A stretch of DNA of 64,000 nt from Terracidiphilus sp. (GTDB lineage Bacteria > Acidobacteriota > Terriglobia > Terriglobales > Acidobacteriaceae). A model generated the notes under the pieces. It searched no databases and was not told the DNA's origin. It worked only from the letters and a program-made list of their open reading frames with translations. Positions 19,420-27,927 of the stretch are shown here, in pieces (the first letter of the stretch is position 1; each line of letters opens with the position of its first letter). The position numbers and the translations under genes are program-made. Where the stretch lies: contig DATJNF010000052.1 of assembly GCA_035508375.1 (NCBI GenBank), forward strand, positions 15,144-79,143, written 5' to 3'.

Positions 19420-20574
19420 ATGCACGATTCCACGGTTTTCCGTTCGATGCACATCGAACGCTTTCATGCCGAGCCGGCTGTCTTCGTAGCCCCCGGCCGC
19501 GTAAATCTAATCGGCGAACATACCGATTACGCCGAGGGGTTTGTGATGCCTGCGGCAATCGACTTCGCCACACTGGCCGGCATCTCCCCGCGCAATGACG
19601 GCAAGATCGTCATCTACTCTGAAAATTTTGGCGAAGAGAAGAGCTTCGACGCGGATGTGCTGCCCGTGAAACGAACTGGCCACTGGAGCGACTATCCGAT
19701 GGGCGTTGTCCACGTGCTCGCCGGCGAGGGCCACACGATTCCCGGCTTCAGCCTGAGCCTGTGGAGCGATGTACCGCTTGCCTCCGGGCTGTCGAGCTCG
19801 GCGTCGGTCGAAGTCGCCACGGGGCTGGCGGTTGAATCGCTGATCGGCGTTCACCTTCCGGGGCCGGTAATGGCAAAACTTTGCCAGAGAGCGGAGAACC
19901 AGTTCGTCGGCGCGAGCAGTGGGATCATGGACCAGTTCATCTCAGCTAACGGGAAAGAGAACCATGCCCTGCTGCTTGACTGCCGCGATCTGAGCTTTCA
20001 GCTCGTGCCAATTCCCGGCCATGTTGCTTTGGTGATCGCCAACACCATGGTGAAGCACTCGGTAGCGGGCGGCGATTACACGACGCGGCGCGCCGAAGTG
20101 GAAGAGGCTTGCCGCATACTGGCCGGCCACCGGCCCGAGATCCGGTTCCTGCGGGACGCGACCCTCGATGATCTTGAGAAATGGGGCGAGGAAATTCCAG
20201 CGAATGCGCGAAAACGCGCACGCCATATCATCTCGGAGAATCTCCGTACTGTGGCCGCAGCAAAGGCTTTAATCGAGGGCAACCTGCGGGAGCTAGGCCG
20301 CCTGATGGCCGAGGCGCACTGGAGCTACAGCCGCGATTTCGAGGCCAGCTGCGTCGAGGCAGACGCCATGGTGAACCTGGCTCAGGATTTGCCCGGGCTG
20401 ATTGGCGCGCGCCTCACCGGTGGCGGCTTTGGCGGTTGCACCATCAATCTTGTGGAACAAAAAGAGGCCTCCGCATTCGCTGAGGCACTGGGCGGCCGCT
20501 ACACGGCACAAATGGGTATTGTTCCGGAAATCCACATCTGTCATGCGTCGCGAGGTGCGCACCGTGACGCGTGA
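19420..20574 (+). CDS. galK: Galactokinase
   Basis: Motifs APGRVNLIGEHTDY, PLASGLSSSAS, GIMDQ and GARLTGGGFGGC. Confidence 0.95.
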   Translation: MHDSTVFRSMHIERFHAEPAVFVAPGRVNLIGEHTDYAEGFVMPAAIDFATLAGISPRNDGKIVIYSENFGEEKSFDADVLPVKRTGHWSDYPMGVVHVLAGEGHTIPGFSLSLWSDVPLASGLSSSASVEVATGLAVESLIGVHLPGPVMAKLCQRAENQFVGASSGIMDQFISANGKENHALLLDCRDLSFQLVPIPGHVALVIANTMVKHSVAGGDYTTRRAEVEEACRILAGHRPEIRFLRDATLDDLEKWGEEIPANARKRARHIISENLRTVAAAKALIEGNLRELGRLMAEAHWSYSRDFEASCVEADAMVNLAQDLPGLIGARLTGGGFGGCTINLVEQKEASAFAEALGGRYTAQMGIVPEIHICHASRGAHRDA

Positions 20575-20870
20575 ATTGAAAACGCATCTAAACCTGAGAG
20601 TGGGGGAGAATCTTGCCACAAGCGCCTTGGGCACCGCAACTTTCGGCCTTTGGCGGGTAACACCGTTGTGCTACTCGGGATCACGGTCATTGACCCGTTT
20701 CCCTTGTTAAACTTGATGGATGTTTCATCCGATGGAACAGATGGAAGGACCGTGTAATTGCGCCCGGTGATCTTCGAAATTTCTGAAGACCCCGGCTGCT
20801 GCATTCAAGCATCGCGGCTCCCCGCGGAGCTGCCGATGGCAAGACCGCAGCGGTAGCGCGACGGAGAATT

Positions 20871-22640
20871 ATGAGCATGCAATCTACATCCTCGAAGCCA
20901 TATTCTTACGAAGCTTTTCCTTCTTCAGGCCACGTTGCCTACTTCTCGATGGAAATTGCGATTCATCCGGGCATGCCCACCTACTCGGGTGGTCTGGGCG
21001 TGCTTGCCGGAGATACGCTGCGCTCGGCTGCCGATCTGGGCGTACCGCTGGCTGCTTTCACCCTGCTGCACCGCAAAGGATATTTTCAGCAGCACCTGGA
21101 CGCAGCCGGAGTGCAGACCGAGCAGGTGCAATCGTGGAACCCGAGCGATTTCTGCACCGAAGAGCAGGCGCGCGTCACCGTGCTCATCGAAGACCGTGTC
21201 GTGACGGTGCGCGCATGGCGCTATGACATGGAGGGCCGTTTCGGCCACGTAGTGCCGATTTACTTGCTCGATACGGATCTGGACGTAAACTCCGGATGGG
21301 ACCGCGGCCTGACTGACCATCTCTACGGCGGCGATACGAATTACCGGCTGCAGCAGGAGATTGTGCTGGGCATGGGCGGTGTGCGCATGGCCAATGCGCT
21401 GGGACTGCAAGTAAACGTCTACCACATGAATGAGGGCCACGCTGCATTGCTGACGCTGGCGCTGCTCGAAGCCCAGCTTGGCGGAGGCCCGATGCGCACG
21501 GTGACCGATGCCGACGTGGAGCAGGTGCGCAAGAAGTGCGTCTTCACCACGCACACGCCGGTGCCAGCCGGACACGACCGCTTTTCGACTGAGCAGGCGA
21601 TGCGCATCCTGGGCGGCGATCGCACCACCCGCCTGCAGCAGCAGGGATGCTTCCATGAGGGCCTGCTGAACATGACGATGCTCGCACTGCGCTTTTCGCG
21701 CTACGCGAATGCCGTGGCCATGCAGCATGGCAAAGTCTCGCGCGAGATGTTTCCGGAGTTTTCTATCGACACCATTACGAACGGCGTGCACGCGCCGACG
21801 TGGGTCTCCGAACCGATGCAGCAGCTCCTCGACGAACACATTCCCGCGTGGCGCCGCGACAATCTCTACTTCCGCAATGCGATTGACCTGCCGACTGCGA
21901 AAATCCTCGCCGCGCATGCACGCGCGAAAGAGGAGCTGCTGGCAGAGGTTGGTTCACGGACTGGCCTGGTGCTGAACCCCAAGGTGCTCACGCTGGGCTT
22001 TGCACGCCGGGTAGCCACCTACAAGCGGGCCGCGCTCATGTTTACCGATCCACAGCGGCTGGTCGACATTGCCGCAGCTGCGGGCGGATTGCAGATTCTT
22101 TACGCCGGCAAAGCGCATCCGCAAGATGAGCCGGGCAAGGCGCTCATCCAGCGTGTCTTTGAGGAAGCAAGCAAGGTTTCGAACCATCTGTTTCACGTTG
22201 TCTATCTGGAAGATTACGCGTGGGGCTTGGGCGCCAAGCTCACCGCAGGCGTGGATGTGTGGGTGAACACACCCAAACGGCCTTACGAAGCCTCGGGCAC
22301 CAGCGGCATGAAGGCGGCGATGAACGGGGTGCCGAGCCTCTCGATTCTCGATGGCTGGTGGATCGAAGGCTGTATCGAGGGCGTTACTGGCTGGGCGATC
22401 GAGGACGGGGCGAACGACGAAGAGGAAGCGCACTCGCTCTACAGGAAGCTCGAAACCGCCGTGGTTCCCCTCTATCTGGAAGCGCCCGAAAAATGGGCGC
22501 GGCTGATGAAGACCACTCTGGCCATCAACGCCTCCTTCTTCAACACCAATCGCATGGTGAAGCAGTACAACCGGAACGCGTATTATCCCGAACGGATGAC
22601 CGAACGCGTGAAGGTGGAAGAAGAAGCCTACGCAATCTGA
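20871..22640 (+). CDS. glgP: Alpha-glucan phosphorylase (GT35), compact 589-aa form
   Basis: Motifs YSGGLGVLAGD, HMNEGH, TTHTPVPAGHD and EASGTSGMK. Confidence 0.93.
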   Translation: MSMQSTSSKPYSYEAFPSSGHVAYFSMEIAIHPGMPTYSGGLGVLAGDTLRSAADLGVPLAAFTLLHRKGYFQQHLDAAGVQTEQVQSWNPSDFCTEEQARVTVLIEDRVVTVRAWRYDMEGRFGHVVPIYLLDTDLDVNSGWDRGLTDHLYGGDTNYRLQQEIVLGMGGVRMANALGLQVNVYHMNEGHAALLTLALLEAQLGGGPMRTVTDADVEQVRKKCVFTTHTPVPAGHDRFSTEQAMRILGGDRTTRLQQQGCFHEGLLNMTMLALRFSRYANAVAMQHGKVSREMFPEFSIDTITNGVHAPTWVSEPMQQLLDEHIPAWRRDNLYFRNAIDLPTAKILAAHARAKEELLAEVGSRTGLVLNPKVLTLGFARRVATYKRAALMFTDPQRLVDIAAAAGGLQILYAGKAHPQDEPGKALIQRVFEEASKVSNHLFHVVYLEDYAWGLGAKLTAGVDVWVNTPKRPYEASGTSGMKAAMNGVPSLSILDGWWIEGCIEGVTGWAIEDGANDEEEAHSLYRKLETAVVPLYLEAPEKWARLMKTTLAINASFFNTNRMVKQYNRNAYYPERMTERVKVEEEAYAI

Positions 22641-22657
22641 AAACAGAACAATCAAAG

Positions 22658-22697
22658 AAGGCTTGTGAACGCTCTCGTTCGCAAGCCTTTTGTTTTT
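22658..22697 (+). terminator. Intrinsic terminator after glgP
   Basis: AAGGCTTGTGAACG-ctct-CGTTCGCAAGCCTT followed by TTGTTTTT. Confidence 0.75.
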
Positions 22698-22809
22698 CCT
22701 GTTAATTTTCGAGCGGCGGCCTCTCTACTGGCTGCTTGCACTTGGCATCCCACCGGGACTGGAGTATGCTGGGTCGCGAGATCCTTCAAGTCAACCGGGA
22801 GAGTGCATC

Positions 22810-23646
22810 GTGGCCATCACGCGGCAAGTGATTACTTCGCTCACAAGCGACGGGACAGACATTCTCGGAACCAAGGTACTGGCGGTCAAGATTGCCGACG
22901 AGAGCATCGTCTCCGGCTCGCTGCTCACCGTGGAAAGCAACCACTTCTGCGTGCTCAAGTCACGCGGCGCGGTGCTAAATGTCTATGAGACGGGCCAGTA
23001 TGCGCTTACTACACCGGATAAGCCACTGCTGGGCTCCATAGCATCGGGATTCTTCGGCGGCAACTCGCCGTGGGTCTACGAAGTGATCTACATCAACCGC
23101 TCCAAGCTGCTGGTCCGCAGTGAGGGCGTGGCGACCAGCGAGGAGATGGCCGAGATGGCCTATCAGGTGGACTACTACATCCACGTCGACACAAAGGAAG
23201 CAGCCCTCGATCTCATCACGCACCTGCCCTTCAATGGCCACATCATCGATACCAAGGAAGTAGCCGATTACGCTGGCCCGGCCATCGAGCAGTCAATCAA
23301 CCAGGTCGTGCAGGTGACGAAGATGGAGGACATCAACGAGCACATCAACGAGGTGCGCGAGCTGGTGAAGAACCATCTCAGTGAGTTCCTGAAGACCTAC
23401 GGCATCACGCTCAACGATCTGAAGATTCTCATCGTGCCCAAGGACGAGCGCATGCGCGAGCTCATCTCGCTGCAGGCCATCGGCCTCTCGCCTATCGAAG
23501 CTGTGCGTTATTATCTCGCGCTCAAAATGGCCGAGAAGGGCTTGGTTTCGGCTCCCAATGCCGCAGCCGGCGTGCCGTTCAGCATCGGACCAGCCACCGG
23601 CTTCTATCCAGTAGGCGCTGAGACCGGAATGAACGGAGCAAAATAG
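22810..23646 (+). CDS. SPFH/band-7-like protein (YdjI-like, no TM segment)
   Basis: GSLLTVESNHFCVLKSRG..YETGQYALTT..P..FFGGNSP..EVIYIN; GTG start after GGGAGAG. Confidence 0.75.
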   Translation: MAITRQVITSLTSDGTDILGTKVLAVKIADESIVSGSLLTVESNHFCVLKSRGAVLNVYETGQYALTTPDKPLLGSIASGFFGGNSPWVYEVIYINRSKLLVRSEGVATSEEMAEMAYQVDYYIHVDTKEAALDLITHLPFNGHIIDTKEVADYAGPAIEQSINQVVQVTKMEDINEHINEVRELVKNHLSEFLKTYGITLNDLKILIVPKDERMRELISLQAIGLSPIEAVRYYLALKMAEKGLVSAPNAAAGVPFSIGPATGFYPVGAETGMNGAK

Positions 23647-24191
23647 TGGCAAGCAGCGGGTTCTACGACGCCGGCATCCTGCGCCAGCTCGCCACCAATC
23701 TGTTCTACGGTTGGGGCTACAACTTCTATCGCAAAGAGAACCAGCTTCGCGCCGACGACCAGCTGATCCGCAGCAAGGCCGCGTCGCTGTTGGGTGAGGC
23801 AATGGCCAGTGCGTGTTCGGCCGAGAATGAATATCGCCGCGAATACCTGCCGCCGCCCACGCGCGCCAAGCCATTTCCTGACGCCGAGGCCGTATCTTCC
23901 GCACAGAAACTCGAGCGGCTGGCGAAGGCTATCGGTGCGGTCGAGGCTCAGCTCCAGCATCAGCCCGTGCCGGAAAACGACCGCATGACGCAGCGCTACC
24001 GCCAGGAAGCGCCCACTCTGCAGAAGCTCATCGAGTTCGACGAGCGGCTGGTGGGGCAATGCGAACTGCTGCGCAAAGCGATCAGCGGCCAGGATGGCGT
24101 CGCAATCCTGAAGAGCATCGGCGACCTCGAGGCCGGGCTGGATGCAATCCGCGAGACGCTGCGTAATCGCGAGGCAGTGCTTCTGGGCTAA
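23646..24191 (+). CDS. Hypothetical alpha-helical protein, coupled to the SPFH gene
   Basis: 1-nt overlap with the upstream stop codon; GYNFYRKENQLRADDQLIR motif. Confidence 0.75.
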   Translation: MASSGFYDAGILRQLATNLFYGWGYNFYRKENQLRADDQLIRSKAASLLGEAMASACSAENEYRREYLPPPTRAKPFPDAEAVSSAQKLERLAKAIGAVEAQLQHQPVPENDRMTQRYRQEAPTLQKLIEFDERLVGQCELLRKAISGQDGVAILKSIGDLEAGLDAIRETLRNREAVLLG

Positions 24192-24203
24192 GACACAGCG
24201 CCT

Positions 24204-24964
24204 TCATGGGCCTTCGGCGCTGCTGCCGATAGAACGATCTCCCGCCCAGAGGCTTGAGGCACAGCGGAATCCAAGATCGCGATGGCGAAGATCGAGAGGC
24301 GCACTCATACGTCCGGAGACTCGCACATCGCGCGAAATGTTATAGAACGAACCGCCCTTCAGAATGTGCTCGCCGGATCCTCTGCCGGCGTCCTGTACCC
24401 ATTCCCAAACGTTGCCCAGCATGTCCCACAGCCCGTATCCGTTGGGCAATTTTGTCGCCACGGGTGGGTACTGTCGTTGCTGTTTGAGTCGCACCAAGCA
24501 ATGGCCGCAAGAGGCTCTTTCGGTAGCTTGACAGTTCCCCCGTAAGCCGCCCACTCCCACTCCGACTCGGTGGGCAGCCTCATAGCGATCCGGCTGCAAT
24601 AGACTGTCGCATCGTTCCAGCCGACACTGTCGACAGGCCGGTCGGCTCCTTTGTAGCGTGAAGGGTCGGCATCCATGACACGCTTATATGCCGCTTGCGT
24701 AACCTCGGTTTGACCGATCCAGAAGCCGTGAGCGATTTTGATCTTCTCCCGATGCCGTTCAAGGCCGTAGCATTCGGAATCGCCCGGCAGACAGCCGGTG
24801 AAGTAGCTTCCGGGTGGAATCCACTGATAAGTCAGGCCGTCCCTCGGACTCACTCTTGAAGAGTTATTCGGAGCCGCTGAGAGAACAGAAGCCAGAAAAG
24901 CTCCTATGACAGGCAGGGCAGCGATCCATCGTTTCCGATTCGAAGTCGACAAGGCTAGAGCCAC
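24204..24964 (-). pseudogene. Formylglycine-generating-enzyme (SUMF1/FGE-sulfatase) domain gene split by a 1-nt frameshift
   Basis: N-half (TEVTQ, PVDSVGWNDA, RLPTESEWEWAA) is in one frame and C-half (PNGYGLWDMLGNVWEW, LGFRCA) in another; break at about 24461-24464. Confidence 0.8.
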
Positions 24965-25057
24965 ATACGAAGGTTGAAACCGATGGACGATTCTCTGGGA
25001 GGTTCTCTACTGCACTGCTACCCAATTCGGCATAGCCCGGGAACTTCTCTGCCTCAC

Positions 25058-27718
25058 TCAACCTAGCGGTCGTATTTCGCTCGACGTGCCGCCCGCTGCG
25101 GGAATGTAGCACTTCGTCGTGTAGTCCATCACCATGCGGTCGGCATTGAAACGCCAGCCCAGCGTGCGAATCGTGCGCTTCATGCGCTTGATCCAGCCGC
25201 GCGGCAGCCCATCGCGGTCACGGCTGTAGTAGAGCGGTACCACTTCGTCCAGCAGCACGCGATAGAGATCGTCGCCGTCGCGGCTGTCGTGCACATCCAT
25301 GTTGGAGTGTGTGCGGCCGGTGCCGATGGCGAAGCCATTGAGCCCGTCATACGCCTCGGCCCACCAGCCGTCGAGAATGGAAAGGTTGAGACCGCCATTC
25401 AGCACAACCTTCTGGCCGCTGGTTCCGGAAGCTTCGAGCGGACGGCGCGGATTGTTGAGCCACACGTCGACTCCCTGCACGAGATGGCGGCCGACATTCA
25501 CGTCATAGTCCTCGATAAAGACAAATTTGTCGGCGAAGTCTGTGTCGCGCATCATCTGCGCGATCTGCTGCAGTACCCTTTTGCCCGGCTCATCGTGCGG
25601 ATGCGCCTTGCCGGCAAAGACAAACTGCACCGGACGTTTAGCATCGTTCACCATGATGGCCAGCCGCTCGATATCCTTGAGCAGCAGGTTGGCGCGTTTG
25701 TAGGTGGCAAAGCGGCGCGCAAAGCCGATGGTGAGCGCGTCCGGTGAGAGCACCTTGTCCAGCCGGCGCAACGTTTCCGCCGGCTCATTGCGGCGCTCGG
25801 CCTGCTCGCGTGCGCGGCGGCGGGCAAAGTGGAGCAGTTGCGCCTTCAGGCTGAGGTGCGTCTCCCACAGTTCGCCGTCATCGACGGTCTCAATTGCGGA
25901 CCATGTGTGAGCCGCTCCGCTCTGCCGGAACCAACCCGCGCCAAGATGACGGTCGTAGAGCCGGCACATCTGCGGCGCCAGCCACGACGGAACGTGTACG
26001 CCGTTCGTGACGTGACCGATGGGCACGGCGTCTTCAGGGCGATTCGGATAGAGCCCCCTCCACATCGCGCGGGACACCTCGCCGTGCAGCGATGAAACTG
26101 CATTGACGCGCCGCGCCAGCTTGAGGCCCAGAACCGTCATGCAGAAAGGCTCGCCGTAGTCCTCAGGATGCTCACGGCCAAAGCCCATCAAATTCTCGTG
26201 CGAGATGCCGAGTTGCTCGCGCAACGGCCCGAGGTGCTCTTCGATCAACTCGGGGCTGAAGCGGTCATGCCCGGCGGGTACAGGCGTGTGTGTAGTGAAG
26301 ATCACTTCGCGCGGAATTTGGCTGGCGGCGGAATAAAAATCCAGGCCCTCCTCCTCCATGCGGGTGCGAATAGCCTCGAAGACCGCGAATCCGCTGTGGC
26401 CTTCGTTGAGATGCAGAACGCCCGGCGTAATGCCCATGGCCTTCAGCGCGCGAAAACCGCCCACGCCGAGCAACAGTTCCTGGCGAATGCGCACGCGGGC
26501 GTCGCCGCCGTAGAGGCGCGAGGTGGTGTCGAGATCCTCGGGTGCGTTGCCGGCGACGTTCGAGTCCAGCAGCAGCAGATCGCAGCGGCCCACCTTGAGC
26601 CGCCACACCTTCGCCTTGATGGAGGAACCCCGCGTTGCGATCTCGATCACCACCGGCTCGCCGTTCTCACCGATCGCCGGCTGCATGGGGAGCTGGTTGA
26701 CGTCTGTCTCGACATACGCCTCGTGCTGCCATCCGTTTTCGTCGAGCCGCTGCAGGAAATAACCCTGCCCATAAAAGAGGCCGATGCCGATGAGCGGAAT
26801 GTCGAGATCGGACGCGCTCTTGATGTGGTCGCCCGCCAGTACGCCCAAACCGCCGGAGTAGATAGGCAGCGATTCGTGCAATCCGAACTCGGCCGAAAAG
26901 TACGCGACCGGCCGCGGCCGCAGCACGCCTGCGTGGTTTGCTCCCCAGGTACGGTCAGCGTTCAGATACTCCTGCTGGCGGCGATAGACGTAGTTGATGC
27001 GGCTGTGCAGCAGCAGTTCGCTGGCGCGCCGGTCGATCTCGCCGAGCGGCATCTCGCTCAGCAGCGAGATGGGATTCTGGTTCAGCTCGCGCCAGCGCGT
27101 GGGGTTCAGGTCGCGGAAGAGGCTTACGCAGTCGTTGTCCCAGCTCCACCACACGTTGCGCGCGAGTTCCCACAGTTTCTCCTGCGCTGGCGCAATGAAG
27201 CGGTCCAGCGTGCGCGCCTCGCTCACCACCGGAGCCACCTGGCTTGCCGCCTCGCACAACATGCGAATCTCGCTCTCGCGGAAGGTGCGCTGCTCCTTGG
27301 TCTGCACCACGAGCACGCCCTGCAGAACGCCGCGGTCAATCAACGGCACGCCCAGAAACGAGTGATATTCCTCTTCGCCGGAGTCTTTGAAGTACTTGTA
27401 GCGGGGATGGTTGCGCGCATCGGCGACGGCGACCGGGAGCAGCTGCTCGGCGACCAGTCCTGAAAGACCCTCATGCAACGGCATGCGCAGTGTGCCGATG
27501 CAGCGCGGATGGAGGCCCAGCGTGGCCGCCAGCACCAGGTTCGAGCGGTCGGGCTCCAGCAGATACGCCGAGCAAACGTCCGTGCGGAAGCGCGAGGCGA
27601 TCAGCGCCACCACGTTCATCAAAGTATCGGCCGGTTTGCTTTCTTCTTCGGTGAGTCTGGTAATGTCCTCAAGGGTCAAAACGGGATCGGCGTCTGCGGA
27701 AGCTTGGAATGGATTCAT
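25058..27718 (-). CDS. glgP: Alpha-glucan phosphorylase (GT35) with N-terminal GAF domain
   Basis: GAF region of about 170 aa, then NVWWSW, YSGGLGVLAGD, HLNEGH and EASGTSGQK. Confidence 0.92.
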   Translation of the reverse strand: MNPFQASADADPVLTLEDITRLTEEESKPADTLMNVVALIASRFRTDVCSAYLLEPDRSNLVLAATLGLHPRCIGTLRMPLHEGLSGLVAEQLLPVAVADARNHPRYKYFKDSGEEEYHSFLGVPLIDRGVLQGVLVVQTKEQRTFRESEIRMLCEAASQVAPVVSEARTLDRFIAPAQEKLWELARNVWWSWDNDCVSLFRDLNPTRWRELNQNPISLLSEMPLGEIDRRASELLLHSRINYVYRRQQEYLNADRTWGANHAGVLRPRPVAYFSAEFGLHESLPIYSGGLGVLAGDHIKSASDLDIPLIGIGLFYGQGYFLQRLDENGWQHEAYVETDVNQLPMQPAIGENGEPVVIEIATRGSSIKAKVWRLKVGRCDLLLLDSNVAGNAPEDLDTTSRLYGGDARVRIRQELLLGVGGFRALKAMGITPGVLHLNEGHSGFAVFEAIRTRMEEEGLDFYSAASQIPREVIFTTHTPVPAGHDRFSPELIEEHLGPLREQLGISHENLMGFGREHPEDYGEPFCMTVLGLKLARRVNAVSSLHGEVSRAMWRGLYPNRPEDAVPIGHVTNGVHVPSWLAPQMCRLYDRHLGAGWFRQSGAAHTWSAIETVDDGELWETHLSLKAQLLHFARRRAREQAERRNEPAETLRRLDKVLSPDALTIGFARRFATYKRANLLLKDIERLAIMVNDAKRPVQFVFAGKAHPHDEPGKRVLQQIAQMMRDTDFADKFVFIEDYDVNVGRHLVQGVDVWLNNPRRPLEASGTSGQKVVLNGGLNLSILDGWWAEAYDGLNGFAIGTGRTHSNMDVHDSRDGDDLYRVLLDEVVPLYYSRDRDGLPRGWIKRMKRTIRTLGWRFNADRMVMDYTTKCYIPAAGGTSSEIRPLG

Positions 27719-27927
27719 CGCAATCCTTTGTCTTCGTTTGAGATAGAGCCTAAGGACACTGCTACGGGACGCTGGCGAAAAGAACAGGAATATCGACTAA
27801 CGCTACCGTTTTTGTTCGACGGCTAAGGAAGTAATGGCCGGAAAATCCCAGCGTTCGTTGAGCGGGATAGCATTCACAATAGCATAGGACTGGTCTGACC
27901 GGGAGCTAAGATGTTCACGGCAGCGGA

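Noticed and set aside
27815-27860. GGAAGTA-containing segment reminiscent of the glnA glutamine riboswitch
   Set aside because: It is on the strand opposite the phosphorylase mRNA and the other motif elements are not evident.
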